Assembly (NCBI GenBank): GCA_040878325.1
Contig: JBBDMM010000006.1
Coordinates: 128,418-192,417, forward strand
Length of the DNA stretch: 64,000 nucleotides
Origin: Acidimicrobiia bacterium
GTDB taxonomy: Bacteria > Actinomycetota > Acidimicrobiia > Spongiisociales > UBA11373
Direction: 5' to 3'
This document shows positions 60,360 through 64,000 of the stretch, piece after piece. Position 1 is the stretch's first letter; each line of letters starts with the position of its first letter. Made by a program: the position numbers and the translations under genes. The notes beneath the pieces were generated by a model. That model was not told the DNA's origin. It ran no database searches and was given only the letters and a program-made list of their open reading frames with translations.

Positions 60360-62202
60360 TCCTTGCCACCACCACCAGGCTGTCCAGCCTGACCCAGTTG
60401 GCCTGGCGGAGGGGGTTGCGGATCACTTGAAGCGTCTCCAACCCCGCCTCGGCCACCATCCTGCGCAGATCCTTCTTGCGAAAGTGCCATATGTGCTTGT
60501 GCGGCTTGAGGGTCCACCAACGCCGGCGCAGCAGGCGGGCGGGCAGGGAATCGAAGTTGGGGCAGGAGAAGGCGATCACCCCTCCCGGCGAGGTCAGCCC
60601 GGCCGCAGCCGCCAGGAAGGCACCGGGGTCGGGCACGTGTTCGATCACATCCCAGAACGCCACGGCATCCCATTCCTCGGTGGGTGGGAGTGACATCACC
60701 TCCCCGACATGGATGGGTACCCCCAACCGCCCGCTGGCCGTCTCGGCGGCCACCGCCGAGTACTCGAGGCCGCCGAGGTCGAATCCCCGCTCGCGGGCGG
60801 CTTCGAGGAACATCCCGTACGCGCACCCGACCTCGAAGATGCGCCGCTGGGGTCGCCGCCCGAGGTGATGCTCGATCAGGTCGAGGCGCCCCGCCGACCA
60901 CCGTCGCTGCATCGCCTCGGCGCCGGTGTTGCGATATACGCCGTCGTCGAAGTATTTGGCGTTGCCGTAGAGCGCCGTTCGCCCTGCCTCATTGAGGCGA
61001 GGGCTCATGAAGGCCTGGCCGCAATTGGGGCAATCGACGAGGGCGAAGGGATCCAGGTTCCACCGCAGCTTGCCGGGGATGCGGCAACGGAAACACACGG
61101 CCTCCTCGAGGTGCTCGGGCGGCACGTCGTCGAGGCCCCAACGAGCCGCTCCCGTCACCCGGTTGGTGCGGCGGTGCCAGCCGATGGCCACCAACCCCCC
61201 GACGATGGTCGGCAGAAGGTAGGTGAAGAACCGGAACAGCAGTACCGCGGCCGCGACCCGTTCGACCCCCGGCTCGGCCATGCCCGTCGAGATCAGCCCC
61301 ACCAACCCGAGTTCGGCGACCCCGAGGCCACCGGGGGTGACGGGTATCGCAGAAAGAAGGCGGATGATCGCGAAGGCGGCGAGCACCTCGGGCCACGGCA
61401 CCACCCGAGAGGCAACGCCGGCGGCGCGCAGGCACGCCAGCAGCACCAGGAACAGCGATAGATGAGCGGCGAGGGTGGACAGCAGCATTTGCCGCCACCG
61501 GGTTCCCAGCGCCTGCCCCACCGCGGTGAAGAAGTCCGTCACCGGCGACCGGTCGACGCTCATTTCGGAGCGTCCGAACAAGCGCCGGATCCACCCGACG
61601 AGGCGCTCGACCGGCCCGAGAAGGGCGTGTCGAAGGCTCGAGCGGGCCACCGCGACGGCAGCCAGGATCACCACGAGCAGGGCGACGGCGCCGATGAGGG
61701 TCGCATCGAGAAGATCGGGCATCGCCAGGCCGCTCAACATCGCCCCGACCAACGCGACCGCGGGCAACAGCAGCTTGACGAGGTTGTTCCAGACACCGGT
61801 GAGGGCGACCGCGGCCCCGATCTGGCTGCCGGGATGACCCCACCGCCCGAGCATCACGTAGGTGATCCCTACTCCGACCGCACCGCCTCCGGGGATCGTG
61901 TTCGCGGCAGAGGTGGACGCGAGTCGGGCGACGAGCGCGTGGCGGAAAGTGAGGTTGGGGATCACTGCCATGGTCATCAGGGGGTTGACGAGTTGGTGGG
62001 CGATTGCCAGCACGGTGAGGAGGGCCAGCGTGGTGACCGAAATGGCGCGGATGTCACCCCAGACGTTGCCGTAGTCGGCGAGGCGGGGAAAGATCGCGAC
62101 GAACGCGACGGCCACGAGCGCCGCTGCCACGAGGCCGAGAATGAGGCGCCGACGTCGATTGGCGCGGACGGCCGTCGCCGTCGAGGGGGATGAGTCGGAC
62201 AC
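60334..62202 (-). CDS. Fusion: LPG-synthase/UPF0104 flippase-like TM domain plus Zn-ribbon class I SAM methyltransferase
   Basis: ANTIPGGGAVG, IPVTPGGLGVAE, AVLLFRFFTY; then CFRC...CPNC, FEVGCAYG, DVIEHVPDP, PGG. Confidence 0.8.
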   Translation of the reverse strand: MSDSSPSTATAVRANRRRRLILGLVAAALVAVAFVAIFPRLADYGNVWGDIRAISVTTLALLTVLAIAHQLVNPLMTMAVIPNLTFRHALVARLASTSAANTIPGGGAVGVGITYVMLGRWGHPGSQIGAAVALTGVWNNLVKLLLPAVALVGAMLSGLAMPDLLDATLIGAVALLVVILAAVAVARSSLRHALLGPVERLVGWIRRLFGRSEMSVDRSPVTDFFTAVGQALGTRWRQMLLSTLAAHLSLFLVLLACLRAAGVASRVVPWPEVLAAFAIIRLLSAIPVTPGGLGVAELGLVGLISTGMAEPGVERVAAAVLLFRFFTYLLPTIVGGLVAIGWHRRTNRVTGAARWGLDDVPPEHLEEAVCFRCRIPGKLRWNLDPFALVDCPNCGQAFMSPRLNEAGRTALYGNAKYFDDGVYRNTGAEAMQRRWSAGRLDLIEHHLGRRPQRRIFEVGCAYGMFLEAARERGFDLGGLEYSAVAAETASGRLGVPIHVGEVMSLPPTEEWDAVAFWDVIEHVPDPGAFLAAAAGLTSPGGVIAFSCPNFDSLPARLLRRRWWTLKPHKHIWHFRKKDLRRMVAEAGLETLQVIRNPLRQANWVRLDSLVVVARKSPVTSHQ

Positions 62203-62248
62203 CGGCGCCAGGTTACCCGCGGTCGGTGGTGGTCGGGATGGGCCGGGC

Positions 62249-63451
62249 CTATCCGTGGTGGTCGACCGGCTCCCCTTCGGCCATGCGCGCCGCCAGCCAG
62301 GTCGTCAGGGGCACGGCCGCCACGAGTCCGATGCTGCCTACGAGGGTCCGAACCACTTCGACCGCGACGATCTCGGTGTTCAGCGATGTGCCGAGAGACT
62401 GCCCGGCGAGCACGAAGAACAACAGCAGCGGCATCGACGCTCCCACATAGGCGAGCAAGAGGGTGTTGACCGTGCTCGCAACGTGGTCCCGGCCCACTCT
62501 CATCCCCGAGCGGAACAGGCGGCTGCGCGTCATCTCCGGGTTGGCAGCCCGAATCTCCCATACCGCCGAGGCCTGGGTCACGGTGACGTCATCGATGGCG
62601 CCGAGGCTCCCCAGGACCACCCCGGCGAGCAGCAGACCCTGAACGTTGATGGTGCCGACGAATGTAAGGATGAACGAGACATCGGAGGCGAATCCGGTGA
62701 AGCGAGCCGCCTCCAGGGTGCCCCAGGCCAACAGCGCGGTGAGGGCGAGCGCGGCAAGGGTTCCCAGCAGCGCAACGGTGGTCATCCGGTTGAAACCGTG
62801 AGCCGTGTAGAGGGCGACGTACGCGATCGCCGAGGCGCCGACGATCGCCACCATCACCGGCTCGCGGCCGTCGATGATGGCTGGAACGATGAAGGTCAGG
62901 ATCACCAACACGCTTGCTCCCAGGCCGGCGAGCGCCGCTGCCCCTCGGACCCTCCCCATGACCACCACCGCGATGACGAACAGTGCAGTGATCCACAGCA
63001 GCACCGGGCGGCGCTGACGGTCGAAGTACGAGTATCGGAACTCGGGTGCGGCACCTTCCTGATAGGCGAGCACCACATCGTCTCCTGGAGCGAATGTCGG
63101 GGTCGTCGCCGACACCGCGAACTCGAGCACGACGGTGCTTCCCGTATCCGGGCCCTCTGTCATCTCGAACGCCACGGACACACAGGGGACCTCGGCGGAG
63201 TTCGCGCAGGGTTGTTGTTCGGCCGTGACGACGGTGGCGTCGTAGACGAGGCGGGGGATCCCGACCTCGGACAGGTCCGGACGTTCCTCACCAGTTGGGC
63301 GGAGCAGCACGATTCCGATGAGGGTCAGCAACGCAATCGTCGCGGCGATCATCGTTGGCAGCGCGCGCAGTATTCCCACGCGCTCGGGCTCGAGGAACCG
63401 CTCTAACTCTCGGCGGCGGTCCGGAGGGAGGTTCTCGATCCCGGGGGGCAT
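62249..63451 (-). CDS. YibE/F-family membrane protein
   Basis: DRQRRPVL, GSLGAIDDVTVTQAS, GRDHVASTVNTLLLAYVGASMPL, EVVRTLVGSIGL. Confidence 0.92.
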   Translation of the reverse strand: MPPGIENLPPDRRRELERFLEPERVGILRALPTMIAATIALLTLIGIVLLRPTGEERPDLSEVGIPRLVYDATVVTAEQQPCANSAEVPCVSVAFEMTEGPDTGSTVVLEFAVSATTPTFAPGDDVVLAYQEGAAPEFRYSYFDRQRRPVLLWITALFVIAVVVMGRVRGAAALAGLGASVLVILTFIVPAIIDGREPVMVAIVGASAIAYVALYTAHGFNRMTTVALLGTLAALALTALLAWGTLEAARFTGFASDVSFILTFVGTINVQGLLLAGVVLGSLGAIDDVTVTQASAVWEIRAANPEMTRSRLFRSGMRVGRDHVASTVNTLLLAYVGASMPLLLFFVLAGQSLGTSLNTEIVAVEVVRTLVGSIGLVAAVPLTTWLAARMAEGEPVDHHG

Positions 63452-63553
63452 CGCAGGAGCGTAGACCCCGGTGGGGGATGGGAAGCGCCTGCGGGGTGTT
63501 GCTGCACCCGGTACCGTCCCGCGTTGCCATGACCGAAGCTCTCCCCGACCCGG

Positions 63554-64000
63554 ATGGCCCACCGGCGCAAGGTGACGATCACGACCCTGATCGCCCTCAC
63601 CACGTTTCTCGGGGCCATCGGGGCGTGGCGGGCGACTGAGGCCAGTGGAGCCGCATCGTCATCCGAGCACAAGGCGCTTTCTGATGAACGCTCCTCTGCC
63701 CAACGGCAGGCAGTCATTCGCTCGGGGCTCGCTTCGATCGAGTTCGATTACATGCGGCAGACGACCCATCGGATCATGGCAGCCGAGCTCCGTACCGAGG
63801 CGGAGACCGCCGAAGCCGACGATGCTGCCCGTCTCGAAGCCGAGGCCGCCGGCCATGACGCTGCGGCGAATTCGATCTTCATCGACCCTGACGCCGTGGA
63901 CCCTCGACGTGCCGGATGGTGCGGCCATGTTCGAGATCACCTACCCATCGGGGCTACGGGGCACCACGGTGCGTGTCGAGATCTTCGTCGAGGGCAACCT
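63554..64000 (+). CDS. Hypothetical membrane-anchored protein, open to window end, with apparent frame switch near 63890
   Basis: MAHRRKVTITTLIALTTFLGAIGAWRATEA...; no stop before the window end. Confidence 0.55.
   Translation, partial: MAHRRKVTITTLIALTTFLGAIGAWRATEASGAASSSEHKALSDERSSAQRQAVIRSGLASIEFDYMRQTTHRIMAAELRTEAETAEADDAARLEAEAAGHDAAANSIFIDPDAVDPRRAGWCGHVRDHLPIGATGHHGACRDLRRGQP

Noticed and set aside
63355-63639. ORF 63355..63639 (+) as the terminal gene
   Set aside because: It overlaps the YibE/F start and has a low-complexity product; the frame from 63554 has a TM segment and better codon pattern.

Overview
GC-rich actinobacterial chromosome segment spanning the replication origin. 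An Acidimicrobiia-like source is inferred from gene content and order; it was not searched. The core is the conserved oriC block: sigM/anti-sigma-trxB-trxA-cwlM, parB-parA-rsmG, jag-yidC-yidD-rnpA-rpmH, then dnaA-dnaN-recF-dciA-gyrB-gyrA-DUF3566. It carries two parS sites, DnaA boxes and a clear DnaA-trio unwinding element. The flanks hold rpsF-ssb-rpsR-rplI-dnaB, panB, PadR-ino1, nfo, an isoprenyl transferase, rimK, prkA, cca, pilT, a deacetylase/acetyltransferase pair and a cobalamin-riboswitch ABC importer. Also present are a VIT1/DUF6529/cytochrome c cluster, a DUF6582-cyclase, surE, an MFS transporter and a flippase-methyltransferase fusion. No tRNA, rRNA, CRISPR array, transposase or intein was recognised. 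The main unexplained signal is non-coding. About 14 intergenic spacers contain a family of modular 7-mer (and one 6-mer) tandem arrays with conserved module order and shared non-repetitive linkers. One module usually lies in the same orientation just after a stop codon. The arrays often form inverted pairs bracketing a whole spacer, and twice run into protein C-termini. Start codons are my best reading; domain names come from recalled family motifs, not database searches.
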